64,000 nucleotides of DNA from Selaginella moellendorffii (lineage: Eukaryota; Plantae; Lycopodiophyta). The position numbers were made by a program, and so were the translations under genes. The stretch is from positions 4,958,389 to 5,022,388 of the forward strand of contig NW_003314262.1 of assembly GCF_000143415.4 (NCBI RefSeq), given 5' to 3'. Shown piece by piece: positions 23,837-35,604 of the stretch. The notes under the pieces were generated by a model that made no database searches, was not told the origin of the DNA, and saw nothing but the letters and a program-made list of their open reading frames with translations. Position 1 is the stretch's first letter. Every line of letters begins with the position of its first letter.

Positions 23837-24968
23837 CTAGAGAATTTTTTCTTGCACCAAGCCTTCAAAGATGGGGAGATCCTTCATCTCCTCGAACGAA
23901 TCGTTCCGGCAGCAAAACTTCTGCGGGACTAGCGCTGAACTGGCTGCAACTTCTTCAAATGCTTGAACCATCTTCACGAAGTAGCTATGCCTGCAATACA
24001 GCCATCAAGCAAAAAGAAGAAGAAGAAACAATCTCTTGAAACTGTTCTTACCATCGAGTATCCGATGTTAGCTCCGGATGAAACGCAGTGCCTAAAAAGT
24101 TTCCTTGTCTCACCGCGACCGCGACCCTTCTTCTCGTAAACATTTCTCCCTGTGAAAGTTCCATGCGAAGAAAGAGATCTTTCAGCTTCTAAGGCAATGG
24201 AAATTTTGTACCTCGAGCGAAGGTGGAGCGCTGAAAGACGGCACTTCACAGTCCGCTATCTGTTCTACGGAAGATCCAAACTCAACGATGGCAGGAGCAC
24301 GAATAAAAACTGCACGGCACCTTGGAGGACCGCCTTCGCTCGCCGCCAGAGCCGGAACAGCGAGCTCCGTCTCAAAACTATTCACCTGGATTGATTTTTG
24401 AAGAGCTCAAGGATCAAAACTATGTTTCTAAAAGAGAGAAAAACTAGTACCTGGCTTCCAAAGAAATTCCTATGAACTGTACAGTCTAATCCGCCCAGAA
24501 GCTCTTGTCCTCCATCCTTTAGCCCTGTGGAGAGAGTTACAGAAAGCCTTGATAGTCAGAGAACGAAGAACAAAAGTACCGGTAGCTCGGTCTGCTAGAA
24601 AAATAAGTCCAGCGCAAGTCCCCCACATCGGCTTTCCAGACGTCGAGAAATCCTTAAGCGCTGGAAACTACAAAGCAAGCAAGCAAAGTTTTGTTTTCTA
24701 GAACTAGCCTAGAAGCGATGGAAGAACTCACGAGATTGTATTGATTGGCGAGCTTGGCCATTGTGGTGCTCTCGCCGCCGGGAATTATCAGCCCCGCGAG
24801 CCCGTCCAGCTGATCCGCCTTTCTCACTTCGATCGCATGCACGCCCAATCTCCGCAGCGCTGCGCCGCGCAATCGATAAGAGCGAGCGGCATTTTGGAAC
24901 TAGAGATGCTACAAACCTAGAACGTGTTCGTGGAAGGAGCCCTGGAGAGCGAGCACGCCAATAGCCAT
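23837..24968 (-). CDS. PDX2: Pyridoxal 5'-phosphate synthase glutaminase subunit (7 exons)
   Basis: [55 protein letters not shown] and the plant C-terminal DLPIF. Confidence 0.95.
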
Positions 24969-25116
24969 AGGTCACGGTGACCTAAACAAATTCCTAAATG
25001 TAAAGAATTTTGCGGTCTATTTGCCTTTTGAAATTGCAAAAAACCAGCATCTTTGTGGTGAAAATGCGATTTTTACATTGAATTCAACTCTTATTTGGCC
25101 TCTCGTTTTAGGTCTC

Positions 25117-26264
25117 ATGGAAGAAGAAGTCGCGTACTACTCCAAGGATTTTGATTGGAATGATCTGCGCGAAGAGGTGGAAAGCGCACAGGTTGGGCTT
25201 ACATTATATTGTTTCCTAATGGCTTGTTCTCTTTGCCTTTGGCGGATTTGGCTCGCGTAGCGATTTCTAGCGAGCATGCCTGTACTGCAGCCTTGGCATG
25301 GGAGAAGTTTCACAGCCGACACTCTCAAAGCATCTTCTTTAAAGTAAGCATCAGCACTGCACTGTTGCCTTACGGGCTTAGGTGTCTTCTCAAAGAGTTC
25401 CCTGAGCTTGGAAGATCTAATCAAGAGTTCACTGTTCTGGAGCTTGGATGTGGAGCTGGAAGTTCGGCCATTCCGATCCTGAGGTTTGATGTTGTTTGCT
25501 ATTCCCTCTTACTGAAGGACGTATTTTGTTCCAGAGCAAGTGTATGCTTGCGACCTCAGTGAGGCTGCCGTGAGCCTCACAAACAAAATGGGAGATAAAG
25601 CTTTGAATGAGCAAGCAACGTCGAGGCTGCGGACTTTTGTTTGCGATCCTTCCTGTGAGGCACTTCCGGCGTGGCTGGCTTGTGACGCCTGTCGAGCCTC
25701 CGACTTTGGTATCAAGAGCTTCCTTGTAAGCTGCTGCGAAGGAGGAGCAGATTTCATCACGCTGGTAAGCCTGAAATTGTCTTGCAATTAAAACTGATTT
25801 GTCTTTTCAGATTTTCGCTCTTTCCGCGCTGGCAGATCTGGATCAAATGAGCAACCTTCTCAAAGAATGTTGCTCTGTACTCCGACCCGGTGGAATGCTT
25901 CTCTTTCGAGATTATGGTATGCTATTTCTCCGTGAAGTAAGACTCACAGTGGCAAGCTTACAGGCTTGTATGACATGACGATGTTGAGATTTCCAGCAGA
26001 CCAAAAAGTAGCTGCTAATTGCTATCGCCGTCTCGATGGTACTTTGTCGTATTTCTTCTCGTGCGAAGCCGTGCGTGATCTTGTTACGGGTGCTGGATTG
26101 CTCGAGGTAAAACGAGGCTTGTTTCCTTGTTATTATTATTCTGTCTGTTCTTTTTCCAGGTTGAACTGGAGTACTGCTGCATTAAGCTGGTGAATCACAA
26201 AACTAAAGTTCCTATGAAGCGAGTCTGGGTTCACGCAAAGTTCATGAAGCCTGACCATACGTAA
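25117..26264 (+). CDS. METTL6/Trm140-like SAM-dependent (tRNA m3C) methyltransferase, possibly pseudogenised
   Basis: YYSKDFDW, WEKFHSRH..FFK, LLKEFPEL, VLELGCGAG, VYACD, LRPGGMLLFRDYG, YDMTMLRF, RVWVHAKF. The first three splice acceptors do not cleanly restore the frame (see findings). Confidence 0.8.
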
Positions 26265-26360
26265 GCAACTCCAGTTTCTAAGAATTCACTCCTTGATCTG
26301 AACGACTTGCTCTTTGAGTAAGAACCTCTGAATCGAGTTAATCAGTTCCTGCTGGCCGGG

Positions 26361-26743
26361 ATGGACACAACTGCTCCTGGTTCTTCTGGCGAAGGTAAAT
26401 TCTCTTACGACGAGCTCTACTCTTGTGAGGCTGTATCCTCCCATATGATACTACAGTCGTCAGATAATGTTAGTGTGGGAACTGCCTCGAGTTTGATGGA
26501 TCAGTGCGAGTTCATTCAAGTTTCGAGTCAAGACATGTCTACAGATGAAGCAACTCTGGTTCCAAAAGTTAAGTTTCGGGTGGTGGAAACAGAGCGGTCT
26601 CAACAGAAAACATGGGTCATTCCAAACTTCAACAAGGTACTAGAAATCTAGATTCTTTTGTAATGACTTGACTTGGTGACTTTCAGATCCACTGGTACGA
26701 GCCTCTACACCGTCTCAAGTGCGTGCCGTGTCTCTTCTCGTAA
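26361..26743 (+). CDS. Possible small orphan gene (about 110 aa, 2 exons)
   Basis: ATG 26361; a phase-0 50-nt GT-AG intron (26637-26686) joins ...IPNFNK to IHWYEPLHRLKCVPCLFS*. No recognisable domain. Confidence 0.35.
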
Positions 26744-26852
26744 GGGAGCTTCTTCGAATCTTTTCCTTTGGCTGGCTTTTCTTCCCTCGTGACTTGGGTT
26801 TTTAACTGGTCAGGGCGACTGACATGCGTCACTCCTTTTCTGGGCTTTCAGC

Positions 26853-28337
26853 ATGAACCAAGGTATGTTGTGGAGCTTGAGCTTTGTTCTTGCGGCAGCG
26901 GTGGGCTGGATAGTCCGGAGGACGATTCAATCAAGAGCCGACTCGCAACGAACAGGTGGTCCAGTACTTTATCCAGTGGTTGGGAATGTATTCGACTTCC
27001 TTCGCAACAGCCACAGGTTTCTCGAGTGGTCGACAGAGTACGTGATCAACTCTCCCTCCAATACTTTCACCACTGGGAGGTTTGGCAGCACTTTCAAAAT
27101 CACTGGCAATCCCGCAACTGTGGAGCACATCTTGAAGACCAACTTCGAGAATTATCCCAAGGGAGAACACCTGAGGCAGAGCCTGACCGACTTGCTGGGA
27201 GATGGTATTTTCAATGTCGACGGGGAGCTGTGGAAGATTCAGAGGAGACTTGCGAGCTTCGAGTTCACAACGAGGTCACTGAGGGAGTTCCTCATGGATT
27301 CCCTGGCGGACGAAGTTCACAGCCGGTTACTGCCAACTCTTGCCAGTGTTTCCCGGGATGGGAAGGAGATCGACTTACAGGACTTGTTCATGAGGTTTAA
27401 CTTCGACAACATTTGCAAGCTCTCTTTCGGTGTTGATCCGGCGTGCTTGGATCCATCATTTCCGGAGGTGAAGTTCGCGCAGGCATTTGACAAGGCAACG
27501 ACGCTTAGCACGCTGCGGTTCCAAAAGATCCATCCTCTGGTGTGGAAATTAATGCGAGCTCTCAACGTTGGACCGGAAAGAGAACTCAAGGAGGTGCTGG
27601 ATGTGGTGAACGAGTTTGCAGTGTCAGTGGTCCAGAAGCGGCGAGAAGAAAAAGGAAGGGTCAACCAGGACTTGCTCTCGAGGTTCATTGGACTCGACTC
27701 GACGAGCTTCTCTGACGAGTTTTTGCGGGATATCATCATAAGTTTCGTGCTCGCCGGCAAGGACACAACAGCGGTGTCACTCTCGTGGTTCTTCTGGCTG
27801 CTCTCGAATCATCCAGGTGTTCAGCAGGAAATCATCAGGGAAGTCGGGAGTATAGTCGCGAAAGGGTCAGACAGGCCATTCACTTACGAAGAGCTTCGGG
27901 ACATGGTCTACTTGCAAGCAGCTCTGTGCGAATCAATGAGGCTCTATCCCCCAGTACCGATTGACACAAAGGTCGTGAAGAACTCGGACGTTCTCCCGGA
28001 TGGTAATTGCGTGGAGAAGGGGATGAAGGTATCGTATCACGTCTACGCTATGGGAAGGATGGAGAGCTTGTGGGGGAAGGACTGCCTCGAGTTTAAGCCC
28101 GAGAGATGGATCCAGGATGGCCAGTTCGTCGCGGTCAGTCCATTCAAGTTTCCTGTATTTCAAGCCGGGCCGAGAGTGTGTCTGGGCAAAGAGATGGCCA
28201 TGCTACAGATGAAGTATGTGGTGGCGGCTCTGGTACCAAAGTTTGAGCTGGTGGTGGGAAAAGAAGAGCCTTGCTACGGTATCAACATGACGCTGATCAT
28301 GAAAGATGGACTTCCCGTTGTTCCCAAGCTTCGTTAG
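26853..28337 (+). CDS. CYP94: Cytochrome P450, CYP86 clan, CYP94-like fatty-acyl hydroxylase, intronless
   Basis: 494 aa; HILKTNFENYPKG, LLGDGIFNVDG, DLLSRF, FVLAGKDTT, ESMRLYPP, PERW and heme motif FQAGPRVCLG. Confidence 0.93.
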   Translation: MNQGMLWSLSFVLAAAVGWIVRRTIQSRADSQRTGGPVLYPVVGNVFDFLRNSHRFLEWSTEYVINSPSNTFTTGRFGSTFKITGNPATVEHILKTNFENYPKGEHLRQSLTDLLGDGIFNVDGELWKIQRRLASFEFTTRSLREFLMDSLADEVHSRLLPTLASVSRDGKEIDLQDLFMRFNFDNICKLSFGVDPACLDPSFPEVKFAQAFDKATTLSTLRFQKIHPLVWKLMRALNVGPERELKEVLDVVNEFAVSVVQKRREEKGRVNQDLLSRFIGLDSTSFSDEFLRDIIISFVLAGKDTTAVSLSWFFWLLSNHPGVQQEIIREVGSIVAKGSDRPFTYEELRDMVYLQAALCESMRLYPPVPIDTKVVKNSDVLPDGNCVEKGMKVSYHVYAMGRMESLWGKDCLEFKPERWIQDGQFVAVSPFKFPVFQAGPRVCLGKEMAMLQMKYVVAALVPKFELVVGKEEPCYGINMTLIMKDGLPVVPKLR

Positions 28338-28914
28338 TCTGAAATTTGGTGCCAATATTCCAAATCTTTAGACATGAAATTTTTTTATAATTCAACATTT
28401 TCAAAGTTCAGCAAACAGTCAAACATATGGGGAGTCAACTGAAGGAAAGAAGTTTTGAACAACTTAATTCCGGAGCTCGGAGCTCGTGAATGATGTGTAC
28501 CATTTTGGAAACTGGTGAATAATGCAATATTTGTTTAAGGGGAACTTGCCACTGAACAAAAATTCACGACTTCAACACGTCTCTAATGCACTCGTATATG
28601 TTGAGGGTGGTCACTCCGTCACAGTAACCTATGCAAATTGTCTTTAGATTTAGAAGGAACAAGATGCATGCAACTGTGATAATCTTAGGAACGTACCTAG
28701 CATAGCTGACCAAATTTTAGCTGGATTTCTTCTGGTTCCCAGGGCTAGAGTTAGAACACAACACCAGATCGTCTCCTATTGCAGCAACAATTGTAGCTGA
28801 ATAAGTTGTGTGCTTTCAATACGTGTTTTATTTAAAAGATAAGTTCTAGAGTGATCGAATGCTACGAGCAAGAAAAGAGTTAGGAACATTTCATCCGCTT
28901 TGCTGTTTACGGCT

Positions 28915-29405
28915 TTGACTATGTTTGACTTTCGCAGAACTGGGAGACTGGATCTTCAACGCTGGTGGACACCGGATGCAGAGAAAACTAGTGTTTAGAC
29001 TTGCAGGACGTGTTCTTGCGGTTTGCATTTGACAGCATCCATCCGGTGTCTGAAAGCTCAAGAGGGGCTCCGAGAAGCAAGGCGTTGGAAGTTGTCAATG
29101 GCGTATGTGACTGCTGTATAGGTGGTAAGTAGCAGGTTAGAAAAATAGGATGGCAGTCCTGGTAAGTCCTGACTTTCAGCCAGGATTTACTTTCTCGCTT
29201 CATCTTACATTCGTCCTCGTTCTTGGGGATATGATGGTGGCGCGATGGGTTCTTCTGGCTCTTGTCAAAGCATAACGAAGTAACATGGTTCTCGGTATAA
29301 CGTTAACGATGAAGGCTGGGTCCAAGAGAGTTGGTAGCCTGCAAATAGTAGAACATAGAGGAAAAACGAAAGTATGAAGCATATACCGCATTTGCCGGCC
29401 CTATC
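28915..29405 (+). pseudogene. Collapsed CYP94 remnant
   Basis: Collinear islands IFNA, DLQDVFLRFAFDSI, QDLLSRFI, WFFWLLSKH (altered) and RIC, separated by large deletions. Confidence 0.75.
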
Positions 29406-29486
29406 TACTTCCAAACAAACCAAGAGGCTCTTGTATCGAGAGGAGGTGAGAGGAGACGCTTATTTTTCGGTGCTGCGGCAGCGAGA

Positions 29487-30172
29487 TATGGAGTAAGGTA
29501 CTTTAGCTGCTGCTTTGCTGATTTCCTGTGTTGGTTTCTTCGTCTGGTTCTACCTGAAAAGTCGACATGGTAATGGTGAGTTTGTTCCCCGAATGTATCC
29601 TCTTCTGGGAACAATGCCTCAGCTGCTGAAAAACAAGGGCAGGATTCTCAAATGGACTACTGAGTGCCTTGTCAAGTCTCCCGGACACACCATCACGTTG
29701 AAGCGAGGAGCGAAGCCCTTCAAGCTCACGTCCAACGCTCAGAACGTAGAGTACATCCTCAAGATCAACGTCGACAAGTATCCAAAGGGAGACTATGTGT
29801 GTGACACGCTGAGAGATCTTCTTGGAGATGGTATCTTCAATGCTGACGCTGGCCTGTGGAAGCTGCAGAGAAAACTTGCGAGTTACGAGGTCTCTACACG
29901 ACTACCTCATGGATTCTGTGGCCGAGAAGATTGAAAAGAGGCTGCTTCCAACGATTGCAAGCGTTTGTGGCCGACGAGTCAACTTGCAAGACGTGTTCAT
30001 GCGGTTCGCCTTCGACAGCATTTGCAAGCTCGCATTCGGAGTCGATCCTGTGTGCTTGGATCCGTCGTTTCCCACGATTGCGTTATTCGACGAGTCCACG
30101 AGGTTAAGCACTGAAAGGTTTTACCAAGTCCATTCCTTACTCTGGAAGATCAAGAGGTACTTCAACGTTGGC
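29487..30172 (+). pseudogene. 5'-half CYP94 pseudogene
   Basis: YILKINVDKYPKG, LLGDGIFNADAGLWKLQRKLAS, a frameshift at about 29895, then LQDVFMRFAFDSICKLAFGVDP. Homology stops at about 30172. Confidence 0.88.
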
Positions 30173-30174
30173 AC

Positions 30175-30920
30175 CCCCGACTCCTCGCGATACAACTGGA
30201 GATCAGCTTCACACCAACTTTACCAACGGGCATTTCAGTAAGGAAGGGCATCACCAATCATTGGCTGTACGTAAAATGCAAAACCAAATGTCGAAATAGC
30301 TTGAGTGATAGAGCCTGAATCCACTGATATGTCTCAGATAAAAAGAATGACTAAATACAATCGAAACTTGCCTATAGTTGTGAAGCCGACAGTTTCCGTT
30401 TTTCACCGCAGGAAGCTTGAACCTGATAGCACCTATGACCCTTACGACGAGCAGTCAGATGACAATCGATGCTCCTAGAGTTGCAAAAAATTCAAGCTGC
30501 ATTGGAGAAGTTAAATCACAATGAAAAATATTGTGAAATCTATACCTGTCTCATTCTTTCCACCAGGGAAAGTGGAGCAACAATGACGACGACGGACAGG
30601 ATCATAAGCACATGCCCACTACCTGTTAGCCAGGAAGGAGCATTGGAAGTGATGTTTTCAATGCCGATGACAGCAACTTCACTGGCTTGCCTATAATGGT
30701 CCCAATGAGCAGAACCACTATGCTAATTTCCGTAGCACTGTGCCAAGCCTGGAGGATGCGTTGGGTACGTGACACAGAAGTCTACATCGAGAGAAAAGAA
30801 ATCCATGGAGATTAGACCAATGTTCCCATTGAAAGCTGTGAAGCGGCCACTAAGACATATTCCATGATGCCTCCAACGATGGATGCTCCTTGCCAAGAGC
30901 CCTAAGGGTTAAGGTTTATG
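30175..30920 (-). pseudogene. Amino-acid transporter (Aa_trans/SLC38-like) remnant
   Basis: Manual minus-strand translation gives GASIVGGIMEYVLVAASQLSMGTL, VLMILSVVVIVAPLSLVERM, LGASIVI*LLVV and SITQAISTFGFAFYVQPM / MPFLTEMPVGKVG, with stops and frameshifts. Confidence 0.6.
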
Positions 30921-31077
30921 GTGGGAAAATCTTCTGGACGAGCATGTATGCATGAATGTGCCTTGTGTTGTTTGTGATATTGAGTGGTTTTGATTTGCCA
31001 TTTTGGCATTTACATTTTTGAGGTAGGATATCTAAAAAAGAAATGTATTCACACTAAAGAAAATTTCATTATATGTT

Positions 31078-34000
31078 GTGGTGGAAAGGGAATACAATAT
31101 TAATTAGCCCAAAAACTCTAGTTTATATATAAGAACGAGTGGTCCGGATTGAAACCAATCCGACGGCTACCAAAATCCACTACACTAATATTAATATATG
31201 GCATCGTAGTGGCCCTCGTATCATCCCCTCCTCTTGGAATAATAGAAAAACCATCAGGGTTTTCATGTAGACAGGCTAGGATCTGGAGGAATGTCAGGAG
31301 GAGGCATGGGCAGATTTGTAGGTGGTATTAATTGCTCCTGATCCCTTTGTATAAAGCGTTTTAATTGCTGCACATGCACAATCTCTGGAGGATCAGCCTG
31401 TTGGACATCATTCCAAACCTCATAAACTTGTGATCCAACTTGTTGCAACACCTGATATGGTCCTTTCCACTGCGCAAGGAGCCCCTTAGATAAACCACGT
31501 ACCGTAAGATGGGGAAAACAAACTAACACCAAATCATCCACTTTGTACTTTATAGGTGAATGATGATGGAAGTTGTAATATTGTTGTTGTCCCACTTGTA
31601 CACGGCCTAAGTGTTCTGCAGACTCTGCTTGGACAAGTGGAAGAATGCTCGTCAAATATTGATCCCACAACTTAACATCAGCAGTTCATAACAATCGCAA
31701 AGGTAAACCCAATTCCGTTGGTAATATTGGATCATGACCATATAAGAGTTTATATGGTGAAGCACCAATAGAACTCTACACACCTATGACATATGCATAC
31801 CGAAGAGATGGCAAATAACTATCCCAATCCGAATGCTGAAAGTTCACATACTTGACAATCATCCCTTTGAATATTCGAATGAGTTGTTCCACCAGACCGT
31901 CTGATTGTGGATGATAAGCACTCGTGAAAGTGTGGTGTATCTCCAATAGAGACATCAAAACATGAAATGCTTCAACCATAAATGCGGGATGATTATCTGA
32001 AAGAATCCGCTCTGGACAAGAATGCTGGAACACCACTTGATTGAGAAGGAAGTATCCAACACAAGTTGCAAAAGCGCTAGCAAGAGCACCAACTTCCACC
32101 CAACAAGTCAAGTAGTCAAAAACAATAATAACATACTCATTGCCAGCAGCCGATCGTGGAAAAGGTCCCATAAGATCAAACGCCACTAACTCAAACGGAT
32201 GGGAAATTGCAATTGACTCCAATTGTCCTTCCGTAGCACAAGGAGGAATATTACGAGCTTGGCACCAAACGCAACTATGCACATACCGGATAATATCACA
32301 TTGCATCTCCGGCCAATATAAAAACCTGTGCAGCTTCTTGGCTACACGACGATGTTCTATATGCCCACCTAGAACAGGAGAATCATGGTAAGCATAAAGA
32401 AACTGTGGAATAAAGATAGAAAGCACCACCAACCGTAAATGATCATCAGAATCTATCCCCACAAAATAAAGAAGGCCGTCTTCAAGGTGATATTGAGAAT
32501 GTAAATGCCGGAAAAAGTAAGTCATCAGCAAGTGATGTAGGATTCTCAAACCTATCTCGAAGCCTTTGAATCCACGGCTCAATCTTTTAAGCCTTGCGAA
32601 CCTTATCAAGAGAAGGTAGATCTTGCTCTGTGCTTTGTGGACACTGAACATCAAGTACGGCAACAGCAGATGGCACAAAATCCTCATTTAGAAAATCCAC
32701 AGATGCTAGAACAACAAGCTTATCAGAAACATGAGAAGAGAGTGGAGAAGAAAGAGGAGCTCAAAAAAGGGCATCAGCATCAGCCATAAAACTCCTTGGG
32801 CAATGAACAACATCAAAATCATATATCTAAAGCTTCAAAGCCCATTAAGCAGTACGACTAACCAAGTTATTCCGCTTCAATAATGAAGTAATAGCAGCAT
32901 GGTCACCTTCAAGTAACGTCCAAGAACCATATAGATATGCATGAAGTTTCTCGAAACCCAGATTGCTACTAAACACTCCTTCTCTGTCGTGGAGTAGTTC
33001 ATCTCCACCGGTTGTAACATACAACTTATATATGCAATAGGATGGCACTGATCAAGCACACTTGAGCTCTCTTGCATCAACACACCTCTAAGACTAATGT
33101 TAGAAACATGCACGCACAAAATAAAAGGTCGAGTGTAGTCAGGATATGCCAAAACCAAAGGAATTGTCAATAGTTCTTTGAGATCCACGAATCCCCGCTC
33201 ACAATCTAGAAACCAGATGAAAGATGATGTTGATGATTTCAGCAACGCTCGCAACGGTGCAGTGCGATTAGAAGGATGATCCACAAAACGACCGAGATAC
33301 TGCACCTTGCCCAAGAAGGGCTACACATCATTCACACACTTCGGAGTATGGAACTTTAGAACAGCCACAAGTTTATCAGGATCAACTTGCAAACCCTCAC
33401 GAGAAATATGGTACCCAAGATAAGTTGTGTCCTTGGACACAAACATGCATTTCGACCGCTTCACCTTTAAACCAAAGTCGCATAGCCGATCCAACACTTT
33501 ACAAAAATCACGAACATGCTCCTCCCATGTCCCCTCTGAGTGGATCAAGACATCATCAATGAAATTAGCAGTCATCTCCGGCATATTGCAAAGAACCTCA
33601 TCCATCATTCACTGGAAAGTTGGTGGAGCATTGTTTAAACCAAACGGCATCACCAAGAACTCATACAAACCAAATGATATACAAAAAGCAGTCTTAGGAA
33701 TATCTTCTTCGGCCATCGGTACTTGCCAGTACCCAGAAGCAAAATCTAACTTGGTGAACCAACAACTTTGCCCTAGACAATCCAAAAGATCAGTAGTGTG
33801 AGGAAGAGGGTACACATCTAGGATCGTCACTTCGTTTAATGGATAATAGTCGATGCAGAAACAAATACTCCTATCAGGCTTTATCACAAGATGAGATTCA
33901 CATGCCCAAAGATTCCACAACTTCCGAATAACACCCTTCTCCAACATGTCCTTGACATTTGCACATAAAATCAAAATCATATTTTATCCCCATTTATCTC

Positions 34001-35604
34001 CCAAGGTTCCAAGGATCCACGGTGACAGTATATCCAAATCTCATCCCATGATCACATGCGCTACACTCACCCCCCCTTCAGAGATGTCAATGTCCTCATT
34101 GACTATTGACTAACAACCCCTACTGAGCCAAGGGGAACCAACACTTCCATTTCCGCACTCAATCTACCAATCCTTCCATTGTGTAGACATTGACTATTGA
34201 CTAACAACCCCTACTGAGCCAAGGGGAACCAACACCTCCATTTCCGCACTCAATCTACCAATCCTTCTATTGTGAGGCAACTAGTCATCCACCCGTACCG
34301 CAGTCCCACGGTGGATACCTTCGTCCGTGGATACTCCACACAAGAGGAAGGATGTACATATGGATGCCCAATACATACGATTTCAAATTTAGGGGTAGGA
34401 ATATACCTTGCTCAAGGGTATATTATACTTTTAAGTAGCCATTAATCAATGGGAATCGAACCCGTGCCATTTGCTCCGATACCAACTGTAGCGCACCTTA
34501 TCTCTCTCCCCTTAAGCCAACTGGAAAAGGGGCAATTGCTTGATGAGAGAGCCCTTAGTAGTTATTTTATCCCCATTTATCTCCCAAGGTTCCAAGGATC
34601 CACGGTAACAGTATATCTAAATCTCATCCCATGATCACATGTGCTACACCGACGACAAACAGGAACCTTGATTGGACAAGCATCCTTGGTTGGAATCAGA
34701 TAACGTGTGGCAATCTTGGCCCTAGACGATAGGTCAAATTCAAAGAGATCAGAATACTCCTTCATGAGCCGGTCAACTGCTGCAACACAAAGATTGTCAA
34801 ATGAATCAGAAAAGGGAAGAACAGAACAAGATAGAAACATAGGAGGAAATAGTGGGGGAACAAAAGTAATGGAAACAAAAGTAGAAGTAGAGGGACGAAG
34901 AGGTATAGAAGTGATAGAAATGGATGAAACATAAAGAAACATGAGACAGAGGGGAAAAGCCTCAAAGTCACACTTGGCATGATTACACTGCAATTAATTC
35001 ATACCAAAGATGAGGTCAAAAGCTTGACTCGGCACCACTCACAATGACTGCAACTCAAGCTCGAGATCACCCACACGCACAACCAAGTCCACCTCATCCC
35101 GTGCACATGCATATGTACGGCTATTGCTATAAAGAATGAAAATTAGTTCCGGCACACGATGCAAGTGTAGATGGCAACATGTGGCAACAAGTCATGCAAT
35201 AAAAGATAAACTCAAACTTGTATCAACTAACACGAAAAGAATAATAGAAGGAAATGGTAGATCTAGGCAATACAAAAAACTAGATTGAAACCAAAATCCT
35301 GAAAGGAAAGAACAAAAGAAAAGAAATGGAAAAAACTAGATCTAGACGATACAAAAGTTATATCTAAATCAAAATCTCAAATCCAAGCACTCCTCAAGGA
35401 TAAGAAAAAGTGCCCCTCATCTCCACCAATATGAATGCTTAGAATATAGAAAGGGAATACAAAAAATGTGCATATCAATTAGCCCAAAAACCGTATCTTA
35501 TATACAAAGCAAATGGTCCGAACTGAAATCAATCCAACGGCTACCAAAATCCCACTATGCTAATATTAATATACAACATTGTAGTCGTACACTTGGCTTT
35601 CACA
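31078..35604 (-). mobile_element. Ty3/gypsy element, gag-deleted, with nested TRIM
   Basis: 5' LTR 35430-35604, PBS 35413-35428, 3' LTR about 31078-31220 next to the PPT. Broken RT (FIDD), RH and INT ORFs at 31263-33980. Homologous to 46921-51931. Confidence 0.93.
33982..34648 (-). mobile_element. TRIM (terminal-repeat retrotransposon in miniature)
   Basis: 162-bp LTR 34487-34648 (TGTAGC...GCTACA); PBS TGGTATCGGAGC at 34473-34484 (iMet-type, one mismatch); about 400-bp non-coding interior; PPT GAAGGGGGGG at about 34070-34079; truncated second LTR 33982-34065. Confidence 0.85.

Noticed and set aside
26261-26361. Splice fusion of the methyltransferase to the downstream 26361 ORF
   Set aside because: The candidate donor (ac|gtaagc) and acceptor (26345) do not preserve the 26361 frame, and the methyltransferase already ends normally at 26264.
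34449-34470. tRNA-like T-arm sequence GGTTCGATTCC
   Set aside because: No cloverleaf or acceptor stem. It is part of the TRIM interior, so it is not called as a tRNA gene.
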